From Gekko japonicus (Eukaryota): 53,468 nt of DNA. The notes beneath the pieces are model-generated. The model ran no database searches. It had not been told where the DNA came from and saw nothing but the letters and a program-made list of their open reading frames with translations. The stretch spans positions 459,980-513,447 of the forward strand of contig NW_015171544.1 of NCBI RefSeq assembly GCF_001447785.1. The letters run 5' to 3'. The position numbers and the translations under genes were made by a program. Below are positions 23,345 through 36,848 of the stretch, piece by piece; the first letter of the stretch is position 1; every line of letters begins with the position of its first letter.

Positions 23345-23945
23345 CAATAAAAAAAGGCCAATGCTATGCTGGGGATTATTAGGAAGGGTATTGAAAACAG
23401 ATCAGCCAATATCATAATGCCCCTATATAAATCAATGGTGCGACCTCATTTGGAATACTGTGTGCAGTTCTGGTCACCACACCTTAAAAAGGATATTATA
23501 GCTTTGGGAAAAGTGCAGGAAAGGGCAACTCAAATGATAAAGGGGTCGGAACCCTTTCTCTATGAGGAAAGGTTAAGGCGCTTAGGGCTCTTTAGCTTGG
23601 AGAAATGACAACTGAGGGGAGACATGATTGAGGTTTATAAGATTATACATGGGATAGAGCAGGTCGAAAAAGAGGTATTTTTCTCCCTTTCTCACAATAA
23701 GGGAGTCGTTACTGGCTAAATCTCAGGAGAAACTTCCTAGCTGTAAGAGTGGTTGAGCAGTGGAACAGACTGCCTCGGGAGGTGGTGGATGCTCCTTCGC
23801 TGGAAGTTTTCAAGCGGAGGCTGGACGGCCATCTTTCGGGTCTGTTGTAGGGCTCTCTTTCGGCTATGCTACTGCAGAGTGCAGGGGGTTGGACTAGATG
23901 ACCTGCAAGGTCCCTTCCAACTCTAGCATTCTATGATTCTAAATG
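23345..23945 (+). mobile_element. CR1 3' fragments
   Basis: MLGIIRKGIENRSANIIMPLYKSMVRPHLEYCVQFWSPHLKKD; tail ggtcccttccaactct...attctatgattct. Confidence 0.9.
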
Positions 23946-25453
23946 ACAGCCTTTCAAATATTTAAAGAGAGCAGTCATGTCCCCCCCCCATCTCCTCTTC
24001 CCCAAACTAAACATTCCCAAGGCCCTCAGCCTTTCCTCGTAGGGCTCAGTCTCCAGACCCCTGATCGTCCTCCTGCATCTCAGATGGGCTTCAGCTCACC
24101 CACCCACCCATTTTAGCACCCCCTGAAATATGGATTTGTCGTGGCTCAGTGGTCGAGCCTCCGCTTGGCATGCGGAAGGTCCCAGGTTCAATCCCCAGCG
24201 TCTCCAGGGAAAAGGACCAGGCAGGAGGTGATGGGGAAGACCCTTTTCTGCCTGAGACCCTGAGTAGACAACACTGATCTTGATTAACTGATTCAGCAGA
24301 AGGCCGTTCCGTGTGTGCTCATGGGCGTTCTCTCTTTTCCCCCCTAGTGCCCTGGCTCTGTCTGTCTGCCCAGAAATTTTGTTGCACCCTTCTTCTAAGG
24401 AGCTTGGGGAGTCTTCTATGCCTCCCCCTCCAATTTTACCTCCGCAACAGCCCTGTGGGGTAGGTTGGACTGTGGTTCAGTGAAGGGCGGGGGCCGTGGC
24501 TCAGTGGGAGAGGACCTGCTCGGCATGCAGAAGGTCCCAGGCTCAATCCCCGGCGGCATCTCCAACTAAAAGATCAGGCAGGAGGTGACGTGAAAGACCT
24601 CTCTCTGCCTGAGACCCTGCAGAGCGGCTGCCGGTCTGAGTAGGCAAGACTGACTTTGATGGACTAACTATAGTTTCGCCCACAGCCAGGATTTTTTTTG
24701 TTGGGGGGGGGGGCATTTACATTTTTAAGGGAGCAGTTCAATCAAAGTGAATTAAATTAATCTGGATGCCAGGCGTCAAAGGGGGAGGCTCCGAGCCTGT
24801 TTCTAGCCCTTCCTTTCCAGGGACGGGGCCGTCAGTTCCTAGGAAAAACCAGCTTAGAGGGCATTTAACCTTCCACGGGGCAAGACAGCTTAGAAGAGCA
24901 CTCAAGAGGGGCACCTCCATTGCAAAAAGCAGGACTTTTATCTTACTATACNNNNNNNNNNNNNNNNNNNNNNNNNNNNNNNNNNNNNNNNNNNNNNNNN
25001 NNNNNNNNNNNNNNNNNNNNNNNNNNNNNNNNNNNNNNNNNNNNNNNNNNNNNNNNNNNNNNNNNNNNNNNNNNNNNNNNNNNNNNNNNNNNNNNNNNNN
25101 NNNNNNNNNNNNNNNNNNNNNNNNNNNNNNNNNNNNNNNNNNNNNNNNNNNNNNNNNNNNNNNNNNNNNNNNNNNNNNNNNNNNNNNNNNNNNNNNNNNN
25201 NNNNNNNNNNNNNNNNNNNNNNNNNNNNNNNNNNNNNNNNNNNNNNNNNNNNNNNNNNNNNNNNNNNNNNNNNNNNNNNNNNNNNNNNNNNNNNNNNNNN
25301 NNNNNNNNNNNNNNNNNNNNNNNNNNNNNNNNNNNNNNNNNNNNNNNNNNNNNNNNNNNNNNNNNNNNNNNNTCGCTCACAACTTTAATGCCAGTAGCTC
25401 ACAAAGTAAAATTTTTTGCTCACATGACTCCGCAGCTTATAGGGAACATTGCA

Positions 25454-27891
25454 GGTGGGTGGGGCTGAGAGAACTCTGACACAAACTGCTCTTTCAGGAA
25501 CAGCTGTGCCAGAGCTTGTGACTGACCCAAGGTCACACCAGCAGGTGCAAGTGGAGGAGTGGGGAATCAAACCCGGTTCTCCCAGCTTAGAGTCCGCGCA
25601 CTTAGCCACTACACCAAACTGGCTCAAGAATATTGTATGCTAAATACTGGAGGAAAGACAAAATACGCTCAAAAGAAGAAATGTTAAGCAAAACTCTTGA
25701 AACTGCTGAGATGGATAAACTGACTTTATTTTTGAGAGGGCAAGAACATCTAGATGCGAATATATGGTGAGAAAAACCGATGAATGCGTATTTTTACAAT
25801 GTAGGAGGTATTGCAATAGACCCAATTAGAAGGTACTTGTAACCCCCAATGGATATGGGGTTTTTATGTTTTTGTCTGTTTGTTTTATATTAAAAATCAA
25901 AAAATTTTTTAAAAAGAGTGGCACCTTCCGCACTTGGACGGCTTCAAGAGGGAATTAGATAGGCATATGGAGCAGAGGTCCCTCAGTGGCTATTAGCCAC
26001 AAGGTATGGATAGGGGCTCTGGGGCAAGTGATGCTCTGTCTTCTTGGTGCTTGGGGGGGGTCAACAGTGGGAGGGCTTCTAATGTCCTGGCCCCACTGGT
26101 GGACCTCCTGATGGCCCCTGGTATTTCTGGCCCCTGTGTGACAAACAGAGTGTTGGACTGGGCGGGCCATTGGCCTGATCCAACATTGGCTCCTCTTATG
26201 TTCTTATATGGAGCAGAGGTCCATTGGTGACTCTTAGCCACAAGGTTTAGATAGGGACTCCCGGTCTTGGGGCAAGGGATGCTCTGTCTTCTTGGTGCTT
26301 GGGGGAGGGCAACAGTGGGAGGGGCTTCTCCTGTCCTCCTGGCCCCACTGCTGGACCTCCTGATGGCCCCTGGTATTTCTGGCCACTGTGNNNNNNNNNN
26401 NNNNNNNNNNNNNNNCAACATTGGCATCTCTTATGTTCTTATGTTCCCCAATCCCCCCCCCCCCCCGTCTGCCAGCCCAGTCCTGCTATAGACCACCTAG
26501 GGGTATGGTGAGCCTTTCAAAAGCATCCCCCTGAGCCAAATTAATTTGCATGTTTCCCAAAGGCTCATGGGAATGCTTTTGAAAGGCTCACCATGACCTA
26601 GGTGGAATACAGCTGGATTGGGCTAGCAGAAAGAGGGATTGTTGGAGATGTAGTAAAGGTGCCACTCTTGAGTGCCCTTCTATGCTTTCTTGAAAAAAGG
26701 TGGGTGGGGCTGAGAGAACTCTGACACAAACTGCTCTTTCAGGAACAGCTGTGCCAGAGCTTGTGACTGACCCAAGGTCACACCAGCAGGTGCAAGTGGA
26801 GGAGTGGGGAATCAAACCCGGTTCTCCCAGCTTAGAGTCCGCGCACTTAGCCACTACACCAAACTGGCTCAAGAATATTGTATGCTAAATACTGGAGGAA
26901 AGACAAAATACGCTCAAAAGAAGAAATGTTAAGCAAAACTCTTGAAACTGCTGAGATGGATAAACTGACTTTATTTTTGAGAGGGCAAGAACATCTAGAT
27001 GCGAATATATGGTGAGAAAAACCGATGAATGCGTATTTTTACAATGTAGGAGGTATTGCAATAGACCCAATTAGAAGGTACTTGTAACCCCCAATGGATA
27101 TGGGGTTTTTATGTTTTTGTCTGTTTGTTTTATATTAAAAATTAAAAAATTTTTTTAAAAGAGTGGCACCTTCCGCACTTGGACGGCTTCAAGAGGGAAT
27201 TAGATAGGCATATGGAGCAGAGGTCCCTCAGTGGCTATTAGCCACAAGGTATGGATAGGGGCTCTGGGGCAAGTGATGCTCTGTCTTCTTGGTGCTTGGG
27301 GGNNNNNNNNNNNNNNNNNNNNNNNNNNNNNNNNNNNNNNNNNNNNNNNNNNNNNNNNNNNNNNNNNNNNNNNNNNNNNNNNNGCTACAAGCATGGACGG
27401 CTTCAAAAGGGAATTAGATAAGCATATGGAGCAGAGGTACATCAGTGGCTATTAGCCACAAGGTATAGCTAGGGGCTCTGGGGCAAGTGATGCTCTGTCT
27501 TCTTGGTGCCTGGGGGGGGGGTCAACAGTGGGAGGGCTTCTAATGTCCTGGCCCCACTGCTGGACCTCCTGATGGCACTGGTAGTTCTGGCCACTGTGTG
27601 ACACAGAGTGTTGGACTGGATGGGCCTTTGGCCTGATCCAACATTGGCGTCTCTTATGTTCTTATGTTCTTAATGTTGGACTGGATGGGCCTTTGGCCTG
27701 ATCCAACATTGGCATCTCTTATGTTCTTATGTTCCCCAATCCCCCCCCCCCCCGTCTGCCAGCCCAGACCTGCTATAGACCACCTAGGGGTATGGTGAGC
27801 CTTTCAAAAGCATCCCCCTGAGCCAAATTAATTTGCATGTTTCCCAAAGGCTCATGGGAATGCTTTTGAAAGGCTCACCATGACCTAGGTG
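25454..27891. repeat. About 1.25-kb near-identical tandem duplication (25454-26603 vs 26699-27891)
   Basis: Identical ORF translations offset by 1245 bp; contains a SINE, an L1-like tail, CR1 tails and a hairpin MITE; adjacent to and containing N gaps. Confidence 0.85.
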
Positions 27892-27928
27892 GTCTATAGC
27901 AGGACTGGGCTGGCAGACAGGGGGATTG
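27736..27928. mobile_element. Palindromic MITE (caatcc...ggattg ends)
   Basis: About 75-bp inverted arms (gtctgccagcccag...ctttcaaaagcat / atgcttttgaaag...ctgggctggcagac). Confidence 0.75.
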
Positions 27929-29309
27929 TCAGAGATGTATTGAAGGGGCCCCTCTCCAGTGCCCTTCTGAGTCTTCTTGCCCTGTGGAAGGGAACGCAAG
28001 AGGCATCTGAATGCCCCCCCTGAGCTGTCCTCTCGCAGGTCCCATTATGCCCCCCCAAAAAAATTCCACAGTGGGAGAGGGAGGGAAGCCCGAGGGCAAG
28101 GTCTCTCCTCAAAGATAAGGGTTCTGGCATGGCTGCTTGTGGGGCAAGGCTTTTAATTAGGGGGGCAGAGCCCCAAAATGCCCCACTGTAGCTATGGGCT
28201 GAGCTGCCTGCCAAGCCCCCCTCCCAGATGCGGCTCCTTCTCATCTCTCCTGGTTGGGTGCCACTCCTCCCACATCCCCTCCCTTTCTGAGTGTGGCAAC
28301 TTACTTCTTGGCAGAGGAAGCCAAGCCCCGTGGAAGCCAGACGAGAGTCCATGAGCAAAGGCCCATGGCGCAGGATTCTAGAAGACCACCCCTGAAAGAA
28401 GAGGCTTGTTCCCAGTTTTCCCTTCGAAAAGGGGTTCCTGAGAGCAGAACAACTCACCAAGCTCTTCCCGAGATGGAGATACCAGAATCTCTGCTACCCA
28501 CTGAAGAAGGGCGCCCGGCACAGCCAGGGCCTCCTGTGTGGCACATTTTATGCAGTTTTTTTGGGAGGGATCGGGGGGGGGGGACTTCTCTCCTGCAGCT
28601 AGTGGGGTTCCGTGGGGACCTGGCTCCTCCTGAGATGGAGAAGGAAAACACTCTGCTGCAGTGGAGGCTGCTATGGGTTTCCCCCTCCACCAAAGCTCCT
28701 TGGAGTCCTGTGGGGTACAGGTGGTTGTTTTCTGAAAGACTCCTCATGACCCATGGAAAGCAGGAGCAATTGTACACCTGCTGCTGGTGCAATTATGGTA
28801 CAGGGAGCAAGACTGCATGTCCTCTGATGGATGTAAAAGGGGCTAACATTTTTTTCAGAATGTTATAGCTGTAGACACAGACAGAGCTTTAAGGGGGGGG
28901 GGACAAATGGGAGGATGTTGTTTCAAAGTAGACCAGACTCAACATTGCCTGCAGTTCATTTGCCACCTTTAGAACAATGCAACCTGTTGCTAACCGAGTT
29001 CTCTAGGTGCATTCACGCTTTGAAATCTCTGGTCCGTTTGCAAGAATTTTCATTTTCTGCTTTGATGGTCAAGTAATTTCTCAAAACAACTGACAGAAAG
29101 TGATTGAAAACTGCAGTGAAAGACCAGATTGCACATTGAGCCTTTTGAGGGCAGACAGAGGAGAGGCAGGTTGGCAATGAAGAGACCTTTTAAAAATTCA
29201 ACAATTTGGTGGCCATTTTTTGATCCAGACAATAAGAAGCGAAACAGGGGACCTGCGAGTAACTGACGGGGAGAGGGATCCCATCCCCCTCTGGCTCCAG
29301 CTTCTTCCC

Positions 29310-29710
29310 CAGGGGTCATTTCGTAGAAAAAGAGGTGCAGGAGCTCATTTGCATAACTCAGTAGCATAACTTATTTCCATAGGCCACTCCCCCTGAGGTC
29401 ACCGGAAGTGTGTTAGAAGGCAACACGCAGGCTCCACTGGACTGTTTTGAATTGCTAGCTATTGGGGGGGGGGGGGGGGGCAGTTCTGTCCTCGGGGGGG
29501 GNNNNNNNNNNNNNNNNNNNNNNNNGTCTTAAACGGCCCGCTGGCGTGTTTGGGGGCCGGGGGGGGGGGCTCTGCAGCTTCCCTGGTTGCTTCTTTCTCT
29601 GACTGAGGGCTGCTGGGAGCAGGGGGTGGGGCTTGTTGCATGTGCCCGCCCCCTGGGCTCTTTACTGCCGGAGCTCCGCTCCTGTGCGCTCCTGCAGGAA
29701 ATGACCCTTG
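29310..29710 (-). mobile_element. hAT-type MITE, same family
   Basis: TSD ttcttccc at 29302-29309 and 29711-29718; opposite orientation. Confidence 0.88.
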
Positions 29711-30410
29711 TTCTTCCCTTCTTTTTTTCTTTCTCCTCCTCCTCCTCCTATTCTTTCTCTCTCCCCTGCCTCCTCACTTCCTCTCCTCTCACTAACACTG
29801 CCACCGCTTCCTCCTCTCTCCCCCCTACTGTCACCTGTCACTCCTTTGCCCCCCCCACGGATCCTCCCTCTCTCATCCTGCTGCCACAGCAAGGTTCATT
29901 GGGGTTAATGCTCCCTCTAAGCTGTGGAGTCTTGTGAGCAAAAATTCTACTTTGTGAGCCACTGGCATTAAAGTTGTGAGCGAGCACTTTGGCTTCTGCA
30001 TCAATTAGTTTGCTCTGGAGCCCTCCTTCCAGAGTGAAGACAAAAATGTGTGAGCCGGAGGCTAAAAAACTGTGAGACAGCGTGCACTAACTCAGCTTAG
30101 AGGGAACACTGATTGGGGTTGCTAGGCAACCCACCAAATGGTGGGTAAACTCTCATAACATAACACTGCAGGAGCTCTTTTTTTAACTTTTGGGGTATTT
30201 AAAGTCCCCTCGTCATTTTTTATTTTTCAGATTCTTCTGCAAACCTGAGATTTCCTCCATGCGTGTAGAAAACAATCTTCTCTGTCTCTCCGTTGCTCAG
30301 TTGTGTGGATTTTATGTTCCACACTCTACAGCTGTGTTTGGAATGAGATATAAAGATATAACAGGGCAGAGCTGTGGAGGGGAGCATAATATCTATTTAT
30401 TTAATCTATT

Positions 30411-30832
30411 CAGGCGTCATTTCCTGCAGGAGCGCACAGGAGCGGAGCTCCGGCAGTAAAGAGCCCAGGGGGCGGGCACATGCAACAAGCCCCACCCCCT
30501 GCTCCCAGCAGCCCTCAGTCAGAGCAAGAAGCAGCCAGGAAAGTTGCAGAGCCCCCCCCCGCCCCCCAGTCCAAAACACTCCAGTGGCACCTTTAAGACC
30601 AAGGTTTCTTCAGGTACAAGCTCTCCCTACTCCGCGAGGACAGGTCTGCACATTCTCTCCCTCCCCCCTCAATAGCTAGCAAGCCAAAACAGTCCAGTGG
30701 AGCCTGAGTGGTGGGTGTTGCCTTCTGACACACTTCTGGGGATGTCAGGGGTGTGTGCCGTATGCAAATAAGTTATGCTAATGAGCTATGCTAATGAGCC
30801 CCTGCACCTCTTTTTCTACAAAATGACCCCTG
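30411..30832 (+). mobile_element. hAT-type MITE, same family
   Basis: TSD aatctatt at 30403-30410 and 30833-30840. Confidence 0.88.
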
Positions 30833-31824
30833 AATCTATTTATTAAAATGTTTACATCCTGCCTTTGCTCATGGTTCAAGGCGGCTTACAGTAATAGTTT
30901 AAAAATAAGCCCCCAATCTCTCCCTCACCCCTTAAAGGATGCCTACCACCCAGAGACACCCCCCCCCAAAAAAGCCCCATCCCCCCTTTCAGCCATTCGC
31001 ACTTGGTGTTTCAGATCTCCTTTGGCTTCCTTGGGCCTCACTGAACTGACTCCAAATCTCGAGGATTTTCCCAACCTGGATCTGAGAGCCCTACCCCTCC
31101 AGTGGCCGGGGGGGGGGCAAACTTACCACATGGGGGAGAGTCGATATTTTGCCTCTCCCACCGGCTAACTGCAAAAGCAGGAAGGGGCCATCCAGCCGGT
31201 GATTCGGGCAGGACTGTCATTTCGGCTGACGTGCCCCTTTGTGGCCGCTTTGTGCTACATGCAAGGCCCCCCGGCTCCTTCACACCCCGGCTCCCCCTGT
31301 GCCCACGGACACCCCCCCTCTTTTGAAGGCTCACGTGTCCCCTCCTTGGATCCCCCCCCCTGCAGCCACCAGCATATGTGTCACTGGGAAGGAGGTGGCC
31401 GGGTCAGTCAGTTGTAAAAGAACACAGCAGAAGTCCAGTGGCACCGTGGAGTTTAACGTGAACCTCCCAAGAACCAGAGCCCACCTCTTCGGATGTGTGC
31501 AGAGGGAACTGTTCAGGGAAATCTCTTGGGGAATTCACAGGGCAGGGGAGGAGATGGAATCATAGAATCACACAGAGTTGGACGGGGCCATAGAGGCCGA
31601 CCCCCTGCCCAATGCAAGATCTGCTGAGAGAGAGAGAGAGAGAGAGGAGGAGGAGGAAGAAGAAGAAGAGGAGGAGCAGGAGGAGCAGGAGGAGCAGGAG
31701 GAGATTTGATTTATACCCCGCCCTTCACTACCCAAAGGAGTCTCAGAGCGGCTTACACTCAGTGGGGCTGAGAGAGCTCTGACAGAAACTGCCCTTTCAA
31801 GGACAGCTCCGACAGGAGAGAGCA

Positions 31825-32060
31825 TCCCTGACCAGTGTTTGTCCAGCCGCTGCTTCAAGACTGCCAGGGAGGGGGAGCTCTCCACTTCCCCAGGAAGCTG
31901 ATCCCACTGTTGCAAAAATCTGACTGTAAAACAGTTTTCCCTAAGATCCAGCCGGTACCTTCCCGCCCTTAATTTAAGCCCATTCTTGCGAGTCCTCTCC
32001 TCTGCTGCCAACAGGAACAGCTCCCTGCCCTCCTCTTCATGACAGCCCTTCAAATACTGC
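31825..32060 (-). mobile_element. CR1 3' ORF2 fragment
   Basis: QYLKGCHEEEGRELFLLAAEERTRKNGLKL...RLDLRENCFTVR. Confidence 0.8.
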
Positions 32061-32994
32061 AAGAGAATCTCCCTGTCCCCCCTCCCCCTGAACCTTCCAG
32101 TTGGGGCAGAGGGTGTCCTGGCATGAGAGTGTAGAGGATACTCAAGGGTTCAGATGATTGTCTATTGGTTATTGCTGGCATTTCAGAGATCTTTGAGAAA
32201 GGTTCTTTGGGATTCCCCAGGAAGAGTGGGCGAATTGTTAACCACTAAGAAGAATTGTAGAAACAGGTGTTTTAAATCCAATTTAATTGACAGCAAAATA
32301 ATTTCCTAATTGGAACAAGTGTTCTTACATCAGCCCTTTTAATTAGGACAGTACTTCCCATCACCTAACAACCTGCCAAAGTTAAAGATTTATAGTGAGA
32401 TACTTTGCTTCAAAGAGAACTAGGAGTAATTGGTCAAGATGAGTCTGGAAAAGCCTAATTGGGGTGAACGAAAGGGTAACTTTACTGTAAGAGAGGAAAC
32501 CCCCTCTTCTGACTTGCTGTGTGTTTTTAGACTTTAGATTTTGTTTATAGACTATGGTATAGGATGTTTGTAAGGGAAGCAGCTAGCTGAAATATTAATT
32601 TTAAGCTTTGCTAAATAAATAGCTATAAACTATAAGGAACTACCAAGCTTATTTTAACAAAGCAGAAAGTTGGGATGTTCAAAAAAAAAGTTTATGAAGT
32701 CACAGGAATTAATTATGGGCACCTGTCAATTAAAAAGGCCAATTAAGAATACAGAATGTATGTTATATGAGAAGGACCCCTACTGGCCAAGGTAAAACTG
32801 CATATTTCACTAGAAGTTTTAATTTAGACTAAAAACGGTGTATAAAATTAACAAAAATATTTGGTGAATCAAAATAAAGAATGATAGGTAGATTCAGTGT
32901 ATCTACAAAAGCTTTATGTCATAGACCACTTTGCAGCATTAGAAAAGTCCTCCAACTTTTGTGCAACAGGTCACCTTAAGGAGGAAATAAACAA

Positions 32995-34015
32995 GTGGCT
33001 TCTACAGACGCTGCGGTCGGAGGGTGTAACAGAGGCTTCGGTGGAGATAATTACTTTTACCGAATCAACATTTCAAAGAGAGGCCCCCCAGGAGTTTCGC
33101 AGGACATTATCATCGAATTCAAAGAGCTTAATATAAGGAATAAACTTTTCAAAATAGCTCGTGAAAAACAGGGTTTGCTTCTTGAAGATACATGCGTGTT
33201 TCTGTATGCTGACGTCATCCCAGAGGTGCTGATTGCAAGACAAAGTTTGCGAGAAACAGCAAAAACATTAAGAGAAAAGAAAATACCATACAGATGGTTA
33301 GCACTTGGACATTTGGCTGTTAATATAAAAAATAAAATATTCACAGCACATAATGAGACGACCGGGAGAAAACTTGTAGAGGCTGTTATGAAATTGAAAG
33401 AGGGGGAATAGTGAAGGGTAGAATATATTATGGTATTGATAGTTAGGTTATAGTGTAAATAAAAGGAAACAACTGGAAGCAAGATGTATTAGCATAAGAG
33501 TAGGCTTTATCTCTAAACATGTTTAAGCAGGATAGGAATATGGGACTGTTTATTTTGAAATTTAGGGTTTTATCGTCATAACTGGGTGTAGCAAGGAGGC
33601 GAAGAGTGTGCCCCCCAAAGACCTCCGTATATAGGGAGAGAGGGGGATTCCCCTCTCACTGTAGAGTGCCTCTCTATAGCTCCCACAATCGGAGGCAACC
33701 CTTTCAACTTTTCATTTTAGGTACAGAAGCAGGGTAATAGTACTATGCGAGTTAGAACGAACTGTAGTTTTTGAGTGGTATTATGTGTATGTATATGTTA
33801 TGGGGAAGTTGGATGGGATTTATAAACGGGTAAGATAGGGGCATAGGAAAAGAAGAGGAACTAAAAGAGAAAAAAATTGGTTGTTGCAATAGTAACCTCA
33901 GATGGATTGTTTTTTTCTTTTGTTTCACAATTGTTAAAAATGGGAAATGAGGATATCAATAAGATGAATAATGAGTTTATGTCTGTGTTTTGACTGATAT
34001 GCTCAATAAAAAATG
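32995..34015 (+). mobile_element. L1 ORF1 C-terminal part (RRM end plus CTD) followed by non-coding tail; no ORF2 seen
   Basis: PPGVSQDIIIEFKELNIRNKLFKIAREK...VFLYADVIPEVLIARQSLRETAKTLREKKIPYRW matches L1 ORF1 (Transposase_22) motifs; AATAAA with A-run near 34005. Confidence 0.75.
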
Positions 34016-35206
34016 TAAATACCGAAAAGTGCTTATAGAGAGTTTAATATTTAAAATAGTGCTATAATTTTGTAATAAAAATATAATTTTAATAGAAATA
34101 ACCTATAGATTGATATTAAGAATATTGTTATACTTTTATATGCATGTATCAATGTAAAGAAACCCTTTTTGTAATGAAAACAGCTAAGTTTTGTACTGAA
34201 AAGGAACTCAGCCTGAGTTCATTCAAAGGTGAAATGAGTCTAGGTAGGCAGCCAAGAAAATGAGCACCTGTATTAATCAATTTCAATGAGACAAGCACCT
34301 GCATTGTAGAGTTGAGACACGGCCAAGAAACATCTTGTTTGTCAAATATGTAACTGATGATTGTTCAGACAAAGAAATCTAAACTGAGCATGTGCAAATG
34401 ATGTCAACAACGATGTAAAGTTGGAAGGAGCAAGCAGAGTATATAAGTCCAATCCCTACTGCTATTCACTGAACGTCTGAGCGGAACTTTTAGCTGTAAT
34501 GTTGTTCCTTTATTTGAACAAATTTCTTTTTCTACCCTTCACTGCCTGGAAGTGTCTGTCTCACTGTGTGGTTTATTGGCTAGTCACACAAATCAAAGAA
34601 CCTTAGCGCCCTCAGGGCATTGCCTTCAAGAGGATGGGGGTGGGAGGGGTCAGGGCAAACCTCAGTTGCCCAGCACCAATTAGATGGGGCACAGCTTTCT
34701 AACGCTCCAGACTTTATTGAACAGTAGCAAGGTAAGAGTCACGAGGTGCAATGAGCAGGACCGTGAATTCCCTCTGTGCAGCCTTTGGCAAGTTGCTCCA
34801 GGCAGCCGGAGACAGAGTGAGCTCCCTCTCTCCATCCGGGCATGCCTGTGGGTGGGGCAGACATGCCAGATGAACGGCTGCCCGAGCGCCCTGAATGGGG
34901 CAGAGCCAGGCTTGAACTGCAGGATTGCAGCCCCACGGCAGAGTGGCGGGATCCACACCCATCATGGCAGCCAGCCTGCACTGCAAAGGAATGTCATCCT
35001 CCCAGGTGCCCTGAAGCCGGAGGCCAGTTTGGAGTCTCCTGGCTTCGCTGTCCGATGAGTTATGCCTGCCAGTGTGGGGAAGTGGTTAAAGTGTTGGAAT
35101 ATGATCTGGGAATCCCAGGTTCGAATCCCCACCATGCCATGGATGCTGGCTGGGTGACCTTGGGCCAGTCAAATCCTCTCAGCCTAGCCTATCTTGAAGG
35201 GTTGTC

Positions 35207-36305
35207 ATGAGTTTAATGAAAATATGGAAAGAAATTAAGGTTTACTACATTAAAATTCCCAAATGGGTAGCGCCAATAGACGCTCTTACAAAACCAACAT
35301 TAATTGAGAAAAGTAAAAAAGTAACCTATGAAGATCTTTTAGATAAAAACGCTAGGCTAAAAAATGAAGACGAATTAGCAGCACAGAACATGAGACTTAC
35401 TTGGTGGGATAATATGCAATTAATATCAAGATTCAACAAAGATTAAAAAATAGGTTTCTATAAAGATAATAATGAGTTGGACAAGATTTGGCTATACTCC
35501 AGTGATTAACAAATTCAAAAGTTATACAAATTCTTTGTATCAGATTATCTCCTGGAGGAAACTGTCAAAGGGACAATGGTGGCGTGGATGAAAGATCTAG
35601 TACAATAGAGATAGAGCAGTGGTCCAAAATATGGAACTCAGTTAAATTAATGAGAGCAATCCCATACAAAGAAAATATTTATAAGATGTTTCATAGGTGG
35701 CACTGGACACCAGATAGAATAGCAAGGTGTTGTTGTTGTTGTTCAGTCGCACAGTCAAGTCTGACTCTTCACGACCCCATGGACCAGCTCCCGCCAGGCC
35801 CTCCTGTCTTGCAAGGTGTTATGCAAATGCTAATAAGAACTGTTGGAAATGTAAGAAAAATGTTGGTAATTTTTTCACATGTGGTGGAGGTGTGAAAGAA
35901 TACAGAGATATTGGCAAAAAATGTATAAGATAGTAACAGAAATCACAGGACTCAACGTACCATTTATGCCAGAAATTGCTTTATTGAATATTATTCCAAC
36001 AAATTACAATAAGTCAAATAAATGTATAATAACATATATCTTTACAGCGGCAAGAATACTATTAGCCAAATATTGGAAAGAGGAAAATACCCCTCAAAGG
36101 AGGAGATTATAGAGAAATTGTTGTCGCTAGCAGAAATGGACAGATTAAGCATTATATTACAAGGGAAAAATCAGGAAATATTTGAAAACAGACGGAAAAT
36201 GTTCTATGTTTGGTTAGATAATATAACACAAAAATGACTCGCATGAATAACAAATGTAAAATAATGATAATTTGTATATAATGTTATCAAATTATAAATA
36301 AACAA
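35207..36305 (+). mobile_element. L1 ORF2 3' fragment (zinc-knuckle region), decayed
   Basis: KENIYKMFHRWHWTPDRIAR; NCWKCKKNVGNFF.MWWRCERIQRYW; TAARILLAKYWK. Confidence 0.88.
35728..35810 (-). mobile_element. About 80-bp Bov-B 3' tip inserted in L1
   Basis: Reverse complement of the 14215-14290 end; (TTG)n; TSD gcaaggtgtt. Confidence 0.85.
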
Positions 36306-36449
36306 TTGGGGGGGAGAACTACAGCTCCCAAGGTGCAACGCGTTAAAAGTGAGTCATCAGCAACATGGTTAGCCATATATATGGGATTAGATAAAAATGA
36401 GGCAAGCATTGGGGGAGGGGGGGTCTGTATATGTGGCCTGTCTAAAAAA

Positions 36450-36773
36450 AAGGTAAAGGTTTCCCTTGCTTGAAAGCTAGTCGAATCCGAGTCTAGGGGG
36501 TGGTGCTCATCTCTGTTTCCAATCTGAAGAACCAGCGCTGTCCGAAGATGTTTCCATGGTCATGTGGCCAGCATGACTAAACACCGAGGCACCCAGAACA
36601 CTGTTACCTTCCCACCTATTTATCTACTTGCAATTTCTTGTGTTCAAACTGCTAGGTTGGCAGGAGCTGGGGCCAGAGACGGGAGCGCACTCCGGCATGC
36701 AGCATTCGGGTCTCGAACAGACAAACTACAGACCTTCCAGTCCACAGTTCAGCATCTTAACCTCTAAGCCACT
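36450..36773 (-). mobile_element. Sauria SINE about 75 bp downstream of the OR51-B stop
   Basis: Homologous to the other Sauria SINE copies. Confidence 0.85.
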
Positions 36774-36848
36774 GTCTACTAGGCCCTAAAGATCCATGAA
36801 TATTTCAATAAATACTTTTCCTTTGACAACAGATTAAATACTTTTCCA

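Noticed and set aside
24485-24560. tRNA genes
   Set aside because: tRNA-like heads continue into SINE bodies and lack a proper cloverleaf end.
24766-25479. Long ORFs spanning N runs (also 12.4-12.9 kb, 46.1-47.1 kb, 53.0-53.4 kb)
   Set aside because: Artefacts of assembly gaps.
28254-28868. 204-aa + strand ORF
   Set aside because: Non-ATG start, no recognisable domain, GC-rich composition.
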